A DNA stretch of 64,000 bases, taken from assembly GCA_012728115.1 (NCBI GenBank), contig JAAYFS010000036.1, positions 1,280 through 65,279 of the forward strand. Direction: 5' to 3'. The notes below the pieces were generated by a model. That model searched no databases and was not told where the DNA came from. It saw only the letters and a program-made list of their open reading frames with translations. The DNA is from Bacillota bacterium. GTDB lineage: Bacteria > Bacillota > Limnochordia > Darwinibacteriales > JAAYFS01. Shown piece after piece: positions 35,646-46,344 of this stretch. Numbering within the stretch: the first letter of the stretch is position 1; every line of letters starts with the position of its first letter. Made by a program: the position numbers and the translations under genes.

Positions 35646-38600
35646 TAGTTAGATAACTTCCATGTTTGCCTGGCTTAGCTGAATGAACGAGGATCCTTTT
35701 ATTGATTCTCTGTTTGAGATCAGGAACATGGCTAATTATTCCAATTATCATCGATCCTAGCCTAAGTCGTTCTAAGGAGTTCATTACTGTATCAAGTAGT
35801 TCAGGATCTAAGGCACCAAAACCTTCATCTAAAAAGAAAAACTCTAGCGGGAATTCACCTTTTAGCTGAATTTGATTTGATAAGGACAGAGCTAGTGCCA
35901 AGGAGGTGACAAATGTTTCGCCACCCGAAAGGGTATTAACAGGTCGTTTTAATCCTCCGTTGGCATCATCTCTGATCAAAAATCCACCTGTGGAATCTAA
36001 TTCAAGTGCATAACGGAATCTTGTCAGATTTCCTAAACGGATCGATGCATCAGTTGCAACAGAAAGTAATTGTTGTTCCGCAATAAACTCAACAAATGCA
36101 TTCCCTTTTAGAACCGATTGCAATTTTGCTAAGCGTTGCCTATCTTCCTCTAGTTTAACTCGCTCTGTCTCCCACTCTTTCCATTTGGCGTTGTTTTCTT
36201 TAATGGTTTTATATTTTTCGCCGATAGCACCTCGGTTGGCGACGATTTGATCGAGTTTTTGGCGAAGTTCTTTCCGCTGAGTTTGAATTTCCTCCCACTC
36301 GGATTTAGTGACTTCTTGATCTTTCAGTTGGGCATCGATTCGTTTTTGTTGTTCGATAAGAACATGCAGATCTTTATCAAATTGATTTATCCTTTCCTGA
36401 AAACGTTCGATTTCTCCTAAGGAAAGCAACGCACCTTTAGCATCAGCTAGTGTATTGAATGAAGATTTAATCAAAAGATCCTCCAAGGCTTCCCCTGTCC
36501 GTCTTAGTTCCTCATTGACTGTTTCTAACTTAGTTGTAAGCGTATGGATCAATTTTTGGGTTGCATCAAGCTTTTCTTTAGCTAGATTCATTTCCCCCAG
36601 GGTGGATGCTTGCGTTTCTTTTAATGCCTTTAGTTTATTATTTACTTCTTCCAAAGCTTCTCCAGCACTCTTATACTTTTCGGAAAGAATGTTTGATAAT
36701 TTCTCATGGATAGATTGTTTCCTTTCATTTAAGTTCTCTTGTCCTACCTTGAGGCGCTCTACCCAGGCCTTAAGCTCAGTAACTTCTATATTTAGAGATT
36801 CAAACTGGGCATCTAGTTTACTCTTTGTTTCCGATGCCTCTTTCACTTTTGTTGCCAGTTGTTCCAACTCGTTTTCCTGTAACTGAAGTTGGTTATACCG
36901 TTTCACAGCTTCATCGATGCTCATGGAACCAGCGAACTTTTGATATTCCAACTCGACTTTTTTATACTCTATTTCGAGTCCCGAAACCGATTCTTGCACC
37001 AGCTCGCATTTAGTTTTTACTGCTGTTAATCTCTGTTTTATTTCGTTATATAACTGCGAGGTTCTACTGTTTTCCGCCTTCAGTTCAATCAATTTTGTCT
37101 TTGCCTCTTTTAATGCTTTTTCTTTAAGTTCTTGTTCACTTAGTTTTTCCTGGAAAACCTCTTCGAGCTTTGTAAGTTCATAATCTTGATATATGCTAAT
37201 AAGTTGGGCTCGAATTTCTTTTGTCTTTAAAGCCAATTCATTCAAGCTTTCGGAAACTTCCTTGTAGTCCTTTTTATCTTGGTGGAGTCTCTGCGTATAT
37301 TCTCCGATTTTAGCATGGATTGTACCCTGCTTTTGGTACAATTCATCTTTTTGTAACGCAATACTAGCGAGTTGCTCTATCGAAACATCCATGTTGATCG
37401 GTTTTGCGGGATGCTCTGTACTACCACAAACTGGGCATTGATCCCCTTCCTTCAATTGACCCGCTAGTTCGTAAGCGGCAAAGTCTTTTTGGAGTTGTTG
37501 GTGCTTGTCAGCTAACGTTTGATATTCCCCTTTTGCTTTTTCTAATTTACTCTGCTGCTCGTTTAATTGGGCCCTTGTTTCGTGTATTCTGTGATCTAGC
37601 AAATTCTTTTTGGAGCATAAGTCCAGCTCTTTATTCTTCATGGTAGTTAATTCATCAAGTTGCTTACGAAATGAATCAAGCCATCTCCGTTCAACAGAGA
37701 GCCCCTCTTCGTTCTCTACACTCACTTCTTTTTCCAGCGCCCAGATTTTCTGGTTGCTAGTTTCAAATTCTGCCTCAATTGCTTTAAATTCTCCTTCAAG
37801 ATCTTTTAGGACTTGAATACACTCAGTAAGGTCTCCCTTATCCTGCTCTAACTCTTTTTCAAGCTCCATCAGTTTCACAGCTTGATGATAAGTTTGGGTA
37901 ATAACCTGTTTTTTCTGGCTGGGAACAGTTATCTGCTCAATCCGATTTTGGTAGGATTTTATGTGATCTTTTAATTCATCAATCTGTTTTTGTTCTTTAG
38001 CTAGTAAAGCTTCTTTTTGAGTTAATTCCTGTTCCCGGATATTAATTTCGCCTAGAGCAATCGAAACCTCTTCTTGAATTTTAGCAAGTTCGTTTTCTAG
38101 TTCTGATGCATAATAATATTTGTTTTTTTGTTCGTGGTAGAATGGTTCTTTTTCTTGTAACACAGCCGATGCTTCTTCATAACTTTTTTTCCATTCATGA
38201 TATTGGCTTTTTTCTTGCTTCTCCCGTGCTCGAAGTTTAAGAAGTTGCTCGTTATACTGGCAAATATCAGCAATAGCTATACTTTGTTGTGAAAGAAGAT
38301 GTCTAAAACATTCTGCTTCCTTAGCTGCTTGAACCTTTTTCCTAAGGATGATAATACCTTCTTCTTTATTCTTTATATTTTCTAATGCTTGATTTACTTT
38401 TTGTTTCTCTAATTGTAGATCCCAAATTTCACTCAATTTTTTAAAGCGATCTTCAAATTCTTTTAAATCCTTTGTTAACTTCTCTTCTAACTCTTGAACT
38501 GCATTAAATTCTTTTTTTATCAAAGCCAATGCTTCATCAGAAGCATCTCCAAGAGCCACTTGTTTTGACTCTATTTCTGTTAATTTATTTGTAACCTTAA

Positions 38601-39192
38601 GTAGTCGATTCCTTAGCCTTTCATTTAACTGATCCCCATAACGCTCCAATGAAAAGAGTCTTTGAAGCATTTGCCTTCGTTCGGATCCTTTTAGCGACAA
38701 AAATTCCGCAAACTTACCTTGAGGTAAAACCACCGCCCGGGTAAAATCATCTACTGTTAAACCAAGTAATTCTTGTACTTTCCCAGTCACATCACTGTCT
38801 TTGTCCGCCAAGATTTCAATAGGTTCAAAGGTTGCCTCATCTAAGCGTACTAGACGGCTCACGGTATTTCTGATCGATATGTCGCTATTTTTTGCCCGCA
38901 CATAGCTTCGCTCAACACCAAAAACAAAGCGTTCCGATTTTCGATTCAATTCAAAGATTAAAGAGACATAAAGGCGATTTTCATGGTGATTCATAACTCC
39001 TTGGGTACGATTGGTGGCGCGTTCCACTTTGCCATAGAGTGCGAGGGTGATTGCATCGAGGATGGTAGATTTCCCACTGCCTGTTGGACCAAAGATACCA
39101 AATATTCCGCTATCACCAAGTGCACGAAAATCAATAGTTTGTTTTTCTTGATAGCTATTTAATCCTGAAAAGGTGAGTATTATCGGCTTCAT
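35638..39192 (-). CDS. sbcC: SbcC/Rad50-family ATPase (exonuclease SbcCD subunit C).
   Basis: 1184 aa. N-terminal Walker [10 protein letters not shown], long coiled-coil, central zinc hook CPVCGS, C-terminal signature LSGGETF and D-loop FFLDEGFG. Confidence 0.9.
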   Translation of the reverse strand: MKPIILTFSGLNSYQEKQTIDFRALGDSGIFGIFGPTGSGKSTILDAITLALYGKVERATNRTQGVMNHHENRLYVSLIFELNRKSERFVFGVERSYVRAKNSDISIRNTVSRLVRLDEATFEPIEILADKDSDVTGKVQELLGLTVDDFTRAVVLPQGKFAEFLSLKGSERRQMLQRLFSLERYGDQLNERLRNRLLKVTNKLTEIESKQVALGDASDEALALIKKEFNAVQELEEKLTKDLKEFEDRFKKLSEIWDLQLEKQKVNQALENIKNKEEGIIILRKKVQAAKEAECFRHLLSQQSIAIADICQYNEQLLKLRAREKQEKSQYHEWKKSYEEASAVLQEKEPFYHEQKNKYYYASELENELAKIQEEVSIALGEINIREQELTQKEALLAKEQKQIDELKDHIKSYQNRIEQITVPSQKKQVITQTYHQAVKLMELEKELEQDKGDLTECIQVLKDLEGEFKAIEAEFETSNQKIWALEKEVSVENEEGLSVERRWLDSFRKQLDELTTMKNKELDLCSKKNLLDHRIHETRAQLNEQQSKLEKAKGEYQTLADKHQQLQKDFAAYELAGQLKEGDQCPVCGSTEHPAKPINMDVSIEQLASIALQKDELYQKQGTIHAKIGEYTQRLHQDKKDYKEVSESLNELALKTKEIRAQLISIYQDYELTKLEEVFQEKLSEQELKEKALKEAKTKLIELKAENSRTSQLYNEIKQRLTAVKTKCELVQESVSGLEIEYKKVELEYQKFAGSMSIDEAVKRYNQLQLQENELEQLATKVKEASETKSKLDAQFESLNIEVTELKAWVERLKVGQENLNERKQSIHEKLSNILSEKYKSAGEALEEVNNKLKALKETQASTLGEMNLAKEKLDATQKLIHTLTTKLETVNEELRRTGEALEDLLIKSSFNTLADAKGALLSLGEIERFQERINQFDKDLHVLIEQQKRIDAQLKDQEVTKSEWEEIQTQRKELRQKLDQIVANRGAIGEKYKTIKENNAKWKEWETERVKLEEDRQRLAKLQSVLKGNAFVEFIAEQQLLSVATDASIRLGNLTRFRYALELDSTGGFLIRDDANGGLKRPVNTLSGGETFVTSLALALSLSNQIQLKGEFPLEFFFLDEGFGALDPELLDTVMNSLERLRLGSMIIGIISHVPDLKQRINKRILVHSAKPGKHGSYLTIE

Positions 39193-40475
39193 TTTTCTTC
39201 CTCCCTACTACTAGCTACTTCATCAGCAAACTCTAATGGAGTAGACTCGGCATCGCTACTTAATAGCTCGGTGAACAGAGCTACAAGCTTTTTATCTGGC
39301 GTAGCTCCTCCAGTTTGTTGAGAGTAGAATTGAATAAAGAGTTGATCGATCGGTAAATCATCACGGCGTTCCAATTCCATTTGTAGATTTTCCGATTTAA
39401 ATACTGGTATTATGTTTAAAAGTCCAGGGTGTTCAGCTCTGATTCGTTGCAGCTGTTCGGGAGTAAGAATATCATCGAGGTGGATTTCTAATTCAACCCA
39501 AGCATTTTTATCTCGCCCTTTAGAAATCCATTCTTCCACTTGGCTGATTCCTTCCTTTGCCACCCATCTCACTAATGGTTTACCACATGATAAATGAATT
39601 TCTTTAATAATAGCCTCGCTACCAGGCTTTATATCTATCACGGTCACCGATTTTGCATGCATACTTTCAGAAAAGCTGTAGGCAAGCGGTGAGCCAGCGT
39701 AGCGGGTTGGGACACTTGTCCCTTTTAAGGTTTGAGCACGGTGTAAATGCCCCAGTGCAAAATATTGCGATTTAAGCGGAACAACATCAATAGGGATAGT
39801 ATATGCGCCTCCGACTGAGATCGGACGTTCTGATTGACTTTCTTGGCTTCCAGCCATAAATAAATGGCTCATACTGATACAAATAGCATCATCAGTAAAT
39901 TTATTAGTTATGGCATTGAATAAGGAATTAATCCTTGTAACATAACTTTGCTGCAAAGTCTTTTCATCCAAGGGAACTTGTTCATCGGAAAACTTAGTTA
40001 AAAGCTCATTTAAACGCATCTCAGATGGATAAGGTAGAGCGAATAACTTTACTAGTTCATTGCGCTTTTCACTAAAATACGATAAATAGGATATATCTCG
40101 ATCAATTAAACGATGTTTCCCATACCGTGATTGAGCAGGGATATCCGCTGGCATCCCTAATAAATACACACCTTGATGAATAGCCAATGGATTAGCGGCA
40201 CACAGTCGCTCTGGATTATCATGATTGCCTGCAATTCCAACCACAGTCCGTTGACCGTTGTTACTTAATCTCTCGATAGCATAATAAAAAAGCTCTTCAG
40301 CTTTAGCGGGAGGGTTAACTGAATCAAAAATATCGCCCGCAATTAAAATTAAGTCAATATCTTCGTTAGAAACAATTTCACACAATTCTTCGATAAATTC
40401 TTCCTGTTCGGAAAGACGGGAATTTCCTTCTAGACTTCGCCCAAGATGCCAATCCGCAGTATGAAGTATTCGCAA
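39189..40475 (-). CDS. sbcD: SbcD/Mre11-family nuclease.
   Basis: MRILHTADWHLGR phosphoesterase motif I, GDIFD, GNHD. 4-nt overlap with sbcC. Confidence 0.9.
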   Translation of the reverse strand: MRILHTADWHLGRSLEGNSRLSEQEEFIEELCEIVSNEDIDLILIAGDIFDSVNPPAKAEELFYYAIERLSNNGQRTVVGIAGNHDNPERLCAANPLAIHQGVYLLGMPADIPAQSRYGKHRLIDRDISYLSYFSEKRNELVKLFALPYPSEMRLNELLTKFSDEQVPLDEKTLQQSYVTRINSLFNAITNKFTDDAICISMSHLFMAGSQESQSERPISVGGAYTIPIDVVPLKSQYFALGHLHRAQTLKGTSVPTRYAGSPLAYSFSESMHAKSVTVIDIKPGSEAIIKEIHLSCGKPLVRWVAKEGISQVEEWISKGRDKNAWVELEIHLDDILTPEQLQRIRAEHPGLLNIIPVFKSENLQMELERRDDLPIDQLFIQFYSQQTGGATPDKKLVALFTELLSSDAESTPLEFADEVASSREEEK

Positions 40476-40562
40476 ACTTAGCCCCCCATTCTTACCTGTA
40501 TTATACCAGAATTAATAGCTTGAAAAATACATTTGTGTTAAACTTATCTAGGAGGTGATGTT

Positions 40563-41258
40563 ATGGAACGCATTGGCATTATCGGGGCGATGGAAGAAGA
40601 GGTTTCAGCCTTAATTGATCGGTTTAATGATATCAAAGTCGTGTCCTATGGATTATTAGATTTTGTGATGGCTAGATTAGAAAATAAAGAAATTATCATC
40701 GTAAAATGCGGAATTGGGAAAGTAAATGCCGCCATGTGTACTCAAATCTTAATCGATAAGTTTGATGTATCGGCGATTATTAATACGGGGGTTGCTGGCG
40801 GGATTGACTCAAAAATCAAAATCGGTGATATTGTGGTTTCTTCGGCGGCTATCCACCATGATTTTGATACAACTGCGTTTGGAAATAGGCTTGGCGAAAT
40901 CCCGCGAATGGATTTAAGTACCTTTCCAGCGGATGAAAAACTAGTCGAAATTGCCCTTGATGCTTCGTACAGCGTTGTGGGCAAAGAACGAACTCATTTA
41001 GGGTTAATTGCTAGTGGTGATCAATTTATTTCTTCGTATGAACAAAAAGAAAAAATAGCTGCTTATTTTCAAGCAGCCTGTGCTGAAATGGAAGGGGCAG
41101 CAATAGCTCATGTAGCTTATTTAAACCGAGTCCCGTTTGTAATTATTCGTGCTATTTCTGACCAAGCAGATAGTGGTGCAGCTGAAAATTTCAATGAGTT
41201 TTTAACTAGAATTGTGCCTCAACTCAATGATGTCGTTTATTCGGTTTGTTCAAGATAA
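40563..41258 (+). CDS. mtnN: 5'-methylthioadenosine/S-adenosylhomocysteine nucleosidase.
   Basis: MERIGIIGAMEEEV N-terminus and MEGAAIAHVAY...ISD motif typical of Pfs/MtnN. Confidence 0.9.
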   Translation: MERIGIIGAMEEEVSALIDRFNDIKVVSYGLLDFVMARLENKEIIIVKCGIGKVNAAMCTQILIDKFDVSAIINTGVAGGIDSKIKIGDIVVSSAAIHHDFDTTAFGNRLGEIPRMDLSTFPADEKLVEIALDASYSVVGKERTHLGLIASGDQFISSYEQKEKIAAYFQAACAEMEGAAIAHVAYLNRVPFVIIRAISDQADSGAAENFNEFLTRIVPQLNDVVYSVCSR

Positions 41259-41974
41259 TGTGTCGAGTGGAACATGATAATTCCCTTTGCTAAAGCTTCT
41301 GCTACGGATTGTCTAAACTCTGGATCGATCAATTTTTCATAGTCTGAAGAGTTGGAGATAAATCCAGTTTCAACTAATATAGTAGGTCGACTTACTTTGA
41401 GTAATATTAAGTTGCTTCTTGGGACTACATAGTTATGATTCATGTTCTGCACTCGTTCCAACTCGTCGAAAACATTTTGAGCATAACGTTCGCCAATATA
41501 TGAATCGCGCATGTAAAAAATAATGGCACCGTTAACGGAAGGATCCTTACTTGCATTGACATGCACACTCATACCGATTCTACCTTTATGCATCAGTTGA
41601 AAGCGAGCTAATTTGTCTTTTTCATGTCTAGTTCCTTTTGAACTTAGGTGACTTAAATCGGTGTCGATATCCCGCGTGAGTCCGACTGTAAGTCCTGCTT
41701 TTTCAAGGATTTCTTTCATTCTTAAAACAATATCGAGGGCGATATCCTTTTCATACACATCATCCCTACCCACTGCACCAGAATCGATACCACCATGACC
41801 AGCATCCAGCATTACATCATATTCGATCTCGATCGACCGAACGCTAAGTGCTACCATCGCAAGTGGATAGGATCGATAAATACTGAAACCGATTAGACAT
41901 AAGAGTAAGAGTGCAACGGCAACAAAATAATGCTTCGGAATAACCAATAAAATGGTACCTCTTTTTTTGCCCAT
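41237..41974 (-). CDS. cwlD: N-acetylmuramoyl-L-alanine amidase (Amidase_3), CwlD-like germination-specific amidase.
   Basis: 245 aa, N-terminal TM/signal. LDAGHGG...DSGA zinc-amidase motif, E in ETGFISN. Confidence 0.7.
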   Translation of the reverse strand: MGKKRGTILLVIPKHYFVAVALLLLCLIGFSIYRSYPLAMVALSVRSIEIEYDVMLDAGHGGIDSGAVGRDDVYEKDIALDIVLRMKEILEKAGLTVGLTRDIDTDLSHLSSKGTRHEKDKLARFQLMHKGRIGMSVHVNASKDPSVNGAIIFYMRDSYIGERYAQNVFDELERVQNMNHNYVVPRSNLILLKVSRPTILVETGFISNSSDYEKLIDPEFRQSVAEALAKGIIMFHSTHYLEQTE

Positions 41975-41980
41975 AAAAAA

Positions 41981-42031
41981 TCACTCCTAATATATTCCAA
42001 CAGTAACTCTCTGAATATATATTAGGAGTGA
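41981..42031 (-). terminator. Terminator hairpin of the PK_C gene whose 3' arm contains the cwlD Shine-Dalgarno.
   Basis: Minus strand: TCACTCCTAATATAT - 21-nt loop - ATATATTAGGAGTGA - TTTTTT - ATG(cwlD). 15-bp perfect stem; AGGAGTGA is both stem and SD. Confidence 0.55.
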
Positions 42032-42053
42032 AGCTTGTAACATTCCATCTTAT

Positions 42054-42605
42054 CTACCAATTCGCAGGTTTTACTAAGATTTCATGAATCTTAAGTTCAA
42101 ATACTTTGTTCGAATGGGCTGGAGTAAGTACTAATGCAGTGTCAGCACCTCTACCACTACCGCCCACCGCAACTATCGGCTTGCCGTATTCAATCAATCC
42201 AGCATCCAGAGCCATAATTGCAATCTCTACACAAACCTTTGTTCCTTGTCCAAACATCCTCAAAGTAGAAGCAATAATCTCAGGTGGATAGATGCCACCG
42301 AATTGGGTCCGTAACGCCCGATCAACTCCAGCAAGGACATGTGTAGTAGTCAATACTTTTACTGAACGTTCAATTAGTTCAGCACGCTTACTTTCTTCTA
42401 ACTCATTTTCCCCAGGATTTCTAAATCCCGTCATATGGGTAACACAGACAATATCTAAACCTCCTGCTCCCAATTCCAAAGCACGAAAGACAGTATCTCC
42501 AGTATTGGAAGCAATAACTAGGGATAAACCGTCTTCTTTTGCCCTTTCGATAGCAATTCTTAACGTTTCATCAGTATATTCTTGGCCCGCTCCATCGAAA
42601 TACAT
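42054..42605 (-). CDS. Stand-alone pyruvate kinase C-terminal (alpha/beta) domain protein.
   Basis: 183-aa ORF resembling PK_C domain (LVIASNTGDTVFRALELG ... IVAVGGSGRGADTALVL). Confidence 0.55.
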   Translation of the reverse strand: MYFDGAGQEYTDETLRIAIERAKEDGLSLVIASNTGDTVFRALELGAGGLDIVCVTHMTGFRNPGENELEESKRAELIERSVKVLTTTHVLAGVDRALRTQFGGIYPPEIIASTLRMFGQGTKVCVEIAIMALDAGLIEYGKPIVAVGGSGRGADTALVLTPAHSNKVFELKIHEILVKPANW

Positions 42606-42632
42606 TTTATCACTCCTTTAGAATGATGATGC

Positions 42633-43169
42633 TTATATTTTCGAAGATATATTTCTTAATCCCTTTCTCTGTGGTACGATGTTATCGAAAGCGATTCCTG
42701 CTTTACTCAATGAACTATATAACCCTAAAGTAAGTACCGAGTCAACTAGATGGTGAAAAACTGTACCTATTCCAACCACCACAAACGCAGTGTAGAGGTT
42801 AAAACCAAAGGGTAAAACTACGAATGCTTCTAACGCATGAATTGGAAGAATCATTAATAATATTTGCGATGGTTTAAAACCTTTTCTAAACAGAATTGCC
42901 CCAACAACACCAAAAAGGATGTGAACTGCAGCTCGCGCAGCAACAACAGGACCGAGCGTCATTAAAAACCCAAGAGTGGATCCAATACCGACAAAAGCGG
43001 CTGCCCAAGGACTAATAAACATGGCAAGGAATGAAGGAATATGACTTCCGATTGTGGCAGAAAATGGTGGAATGTTCACTTGTAGCCACCCTTGAAAAGC
43101 CACTGGGATAAGTATCGCAAGCGCTGCCAAAATTGCTCCATAAATGAGTTCTTTTACCTGTATTCTCAT
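42633..43169 (-). CDS. niaX: Putative niacin transporter NiaX (ECF-type S-component-like membrane protein).
   Basis: 178 aa, 5-6 TM. Divergent from niaR with a palindromic operator between them. The NiaR-NiaX pairing is established from comparative genomics. Confidence 0.5.
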   Translation of the reverse strand: MRIQVKELIYGAILAALAILIPVAFQGWLQVNIPPFSATIGSHIPSFLAMFISPWAAAFVGIGSTLGFLMTLGPVVAARAAVHILFGVVGAILFRKGFKPSQILLMILPIHALEAFVVLPFGFNLYTAFVVVGIGTVFHHLVDSVLTLGLYSSLSKAGIAFDNIVPQRKGLRNISSKI

Positions 43170-43205
43170 CTTTATCCGCCTCCACCCTATTTTATTAAAG
43201 TATAC

Positions 43206-43225
43206 ACAGGTGTATATACACCTGT
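43206..43225. promoter_or_regulatory. Candidate NiaR operator.
   Basis: Perfect 20-bp palindrome ACAGGTGTATATACACCTGT, immediately followed by TCAAGACA (second overlapping TGTC-AA-GACA palindrome), in the niaX-niaR intergenic region. Confidence 0.5.
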
Positions 43226-43282
43226 CAAGACATTTGCTACATAATATGCTATTATGAATTTAAGAGTTAGGAGGTTTAAAAA

Positions 43283-43810
43283 ATGAGTACAAAGTTTCGA
43301 AGAGAATCGGTCTTGGAAATTTTGAGTAACAGCACAGAACCGATCACGGGTTTAAGTTTAAGTGAGAAATTTGGGGTAACTAGGCAAGTAATTGTTTCTG
43401 ATATCGCCATATTAAGAGCTCAAGGACATACTATTATCGCTACCCCACAAGGTTATATGTATGAACGTACAGCTACTACAAATCCTGAAAGAACAGTGCA
43501 AACAATAGCTGCAAAACACTCGAGTGACTATGCAGAAATCAAAGATGAGCTATTTACAATAATTGATTTTGGTGGGTATGTAATGGATGTAACTGTTGAA
43601 CACCCTGTTTATGGTGAAATAACAGGAAATCTCCATTTGCGTTCTCGACATGATGTCGAACAATTTATTGAGCGGTTAAAGCACTCCAAGTCTGAACCTC
43701 TACTCATACTAACCGATGGTCTACATTTACATACGATCGAGACAGACTCACCAGAAACTATGGATAAAATTCTTAATGCCTTAGCGCAAAAGAACTTCTT
43801 AGCTGAATAA
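43283..43810 (+). CDS. niaR: Niacin-responsive transcriptional repressor NiaR (YrxA; HTH_11 + 3H domain).
   Basis: 175 aa. N-terminal HTH (ITGLSLSEKFGVTRQVIVSDIAIL) and C-terminal 3H domain with conserved His residues (VEHPVYGEITGNLHLRSRHD...HLHTIE). Confidence 0.8.
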   Translation: MSTKFRRESVLEILSNSTEPITGLSLSEKFGVTRQVIVSDIAILRAQGHTIIATPQGYMYERTATTNPERTVQTIAAKHSSDYAEIKDELFTIIDFGGYVMDVTVEHPVYGEITGNLHLRSRHDVEQFIERLKHSKSEPLLILTDGLHLHTIETDSPETMDKILNALAQKNFLAE

Positions 43811-44569
43811 GTCCTGGTTCGTTAGGATCGATTTTAGAGTACGAGCATCTTCAAGAAACTGCTTTTTATCATCATTTCTCACAAACTCTATGATTGCATA
43901 CCGGATGAATTCATCATTTATTTGACGTACTTTTTTTAAATAGCCCTGCCAATATTGTATTCCATCTTGGAGAGGATACCGTTCACCTGCCGCACTCCAG
44001 TGAAAAACATGAACATTTGCTAGGTGTGGAAGTACGCGGGTCAAACTATCCAAGCGATATTCAAAACCCCAGTCCGCGAGAGGTTGCCAATAAGTCATGA
44101 TATTCTGATGATCTATTAACTGAAGTAAACGATCGGTTGAATCAGGTGTATCGGTTAGTGTTCCTCCATGATATTCGAAAGCGACTTTAATGTTTTGTTT
44201 CTCCGCAAGCATTGCAATTTTTCTCGCATCACTGACCACTTTATCCCACCAAGCGTCGGTAGCGTCTTTTGAACCAACATTTCCTGCCCAGACGCGAATT
44301 AAAGGCGCCTGTAAAGCCAAAGCCGTATCTAAAATTTTGTTAAAATCTTCATTTCCCGTCCCTACTCGATAATATGAACCGTAGGAAGAAACGCACAAAC
44401 CAGCTTTCCTTGTTAATTCACCTACCTTCTGTGCAGTAAATAAATCGCCGTGAGGGATATGAATGTCACCTCCCCATTCAATTGCGTCTAACTGGGCCTG
44501 AAGTGTCAACTCAATAATTTCTTCAGGCTTTAATTGACGAAAAGTTACCGACGTGACTGCAGTACGCAT
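43799..44569 (-). CDS. Sugar phosphate isomerase/epimerase (xylose-isomerase-like TIM barrel).
   Basis: AP-endonuclease-2/TIM-barrel pattern. Start likely MRTAVTSVTF (~44569). Confidence 0.6.
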   Translation of the reverse strand: MRTAVTSVTFRQLKPEEIIELTLQAQLDAIEWGGDIHIPHGDLFTAQKVGELTRKAGLCVSSYGSYYRVGTGNEDFNKILDTALALQAPLIRVWAGNVGSKDATDAWWDKVVSDARKIAMLAEKQNIKVAFEYHGGTLTDTPDSTDRLLQLIDHQNIMTYWQPLADWGFEYRLDSLTRVLPHLANVHVFHWSAAGERYPLQDGIQYWQGYLKKVRQINDEFIRYAIIEFVRNDDKKQFLEDARTLKSILTNQDLFS

Positions 44570-44595
44570 GTATTCTTCAACCTCCAAGCCGAAAA

Positions 44596-45597
44596 TTATG
44601 CAAGAAGTCTTAATTTTTCTTCCGTAATTTCCCACATTAACGGTTTTCCGTTAAGATAGCGTTCCAGCTCTTCAACTATGTACCTTCCCATTCGCCTACA
44701 TTCGCCGTTTAAAGACCCAGCGATATGAGGCATCAAAACTACATTGTCCAAATCGTATAAAGGGGAATCTGGCAATGGAGGTTCTGGCCAGGTCACATCT
44801 AAAACAGCCAGTAAATCAGGGCGTTTTTGCAAAACAGCAATCATTTCTTTTTCGTTCACTATCGCGCCCCGAGCTGTGTTAATAAAGGAAGCATTCTCTT
44901 TCATTACCTCAAAATGATTACCTCTTATCATGTTCTCTGTTTCTTTTAACCACGGTGAATGAAGTGATACCACATCTGAAAAACGAAATATATCCTCTAG
45001 CGAACACAATTCCACATTTAAGCGTTTTGCTTCTTCTTTAGATACGAATGGGTCATATGCAAGAATTTTTAAATCATAATTTCGTAATAATTCACATACT
45101 TGGCGAGCGATCATTCCCAGCGATATTAAACCAACAGTTGATCCATAAGCCCCTGTCACTTCGATTCTGGCAGGATACTTTTTATTTCGTTTTATCTCTA
45201 AAGCATATTGCCAAGCCCTTTTTAGACAAAAAATCAATTGCGACACGGTGAACTCAGCTACAGGAATGGCGTTAGCAGCGTAAGCACTGGTTATGCGGAT
45301 ACCTCTTTGCCAAAAGGCCTCGGTAACCACATTACGAATTGAACCCGCTCCATAAAAAACTGCCCTGAGTTTTGGGGCTGCAGCCAAGAATTTTCGATCC
45401 ATTCGTGGACAACCCCATCCAGACAGAATTATTTCTACGTCTTTAAGAAGCTCGAGGTTTTGATAGATACTCTGTGTTGTTTGGGGCGGGGCGATAATTT
45501 CAACCATTTCCTCAATATTTGCTCTTTCCTCTTCGCCATAGATCTTTTGGAAACTATCCGATCCAAGAATGTATAGTCCCTTTACCACAATAAACAC
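44596..45597 (-). CDS. D-isomer-specific 2-hydroxyacid dehydrogenase (glyoxylate/hydroxypyruvate reductase-like).
   Basis: NAD-binding GAYGSTVGLISLGMIARQV (GxGxxG) and catalytic R/E/H triad region (TARGAIV ... MPHIAG). Confidence 0.75.
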   Translation of the reverse strand: MFIVVKGLYILGSDSFQKIYGEEERANIEEMVEIIAPPQTTQSIYQNLELLKDVEIILSGWGCPRMDRKFLAAAPKLRAVFYGAGSIRNVVTEAFWQRGIRITSAYAANAIPVAEFTVSQLIFCLKRAWQYALEIKRNKKYPARIEVTGAYGSTVGLISLGMIARQVCELLRNYDLKILAYDPFVSKEEAKRLNVELCSLEDIFRFSDVVSLHSPWLKETENMIRGNHFEVMKENASFINTARGAIVNEKEMIAVLQKRPDLLAVLDVTWPEPPLPDSPLYDLDNVVLMPHIAGSLNGECRRMGRYIVEELERYLNGKPLMWEITEEKLRLLA

Positions 45598-45753
45598 ATC
45601 CCATTTACTATTTTGCTATTTATAATCAACACATACCGTAGAGATTTTTATTAAAAAAGTCTATCTGTTCGAGAAAAGATCTTTAGTAATTAATTCCCAG
45701 TTGTTTTTTCCTATGCTATAATAAAAGCAATAAATGCTCGAGGTTGGATACGG

Positions 45754-46344
45754 ATGAAAAAACGATCGGCAATCATCTTGGCTGGTGGTAAAAACACACG
45801 AATGGGTATCAACAAAGCGTTTCTAAAAGTAAATCAAACCAAGATTATCGATTATCAAGTCGACACCTTGCGTTCTTTATGCGATGAAGTGATCATAGTT
45901 ACAAATAAACCCGAGGACTTCGAATATCTTGGTGTTTCTCTTATCGAAGATTTGATTAAGGATAGAGGTCCGTTATCTGGCATCTACTCTGGCCTCTCGG
46001 TAGCCACATCGCCTTACGCATTGGTAATGGCTTGTGATATGCCATATCTTGATCGAAAGCTTATCGAGTTTATGTTCAAGGAATGTTCTGGATACGATGC
46101 AGTAGTTCCAGTGAGCTATAGACATCTTCAGCCCTTACATGCAATTTATTCAAAAAATTGTTTAAAACCAATAATTGCCAGTGTGGAAAATCTTACTCTC
46201 AAGGTAAGTTCTTTTTATAATCAAGTTTCAGTCAGATATATTTCCGAAACGGAAATAAAAAATTTTGTTAATCCAGAACGAGCATTCTTTAATATCAACA
46301 CACCCGACGATCTTAGACTATATCTTCAAAGGTTCTCCAATTAA
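45754..46344 (+). CDS. mobA: Molybdenum cofactor guanylyltransferase.
   Basis: AIILAGGKNTRMG N-terminal nucleotide-binding motif. 196 aa. Confidence 0.8.
   Translation: MKKRSAIILAGGKNTRMGINKAFLKVNQTKIIDYQVDTLRSLCDEVIIVTNKPEDFEYLGVSLIEDLIKDRGPLSGIYSGLSVATSPYALVMACDMPYLDRKLIEFMFKECSGYDAVVPVSYRHLQPLHAIYSKNCLKPIIASVENLTLKVSSFYNQVSVRYISETEIKNFVNPERAFFNINTPDDLRLYLQRFSN

Noticed and set aside
40476-40562. SAM riboswitch upstream of mtnN.
   Set aside because: The 87-nt intergenic region is too short and lacks S-box conserved helices. It contains only a plausible promoter and RBS.
45598-45753. Moco riboswitch upstream of mobA or in the moa operon leader (51894..51976).
   Set aside because: The regions are too short or lack the conserved Moco-RNA stems. 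The 51894-51976 segment is mostly the terminator hairpin of the PHP gene (CTCCTCTTAG-AAAC-CTAAGAGGAG).
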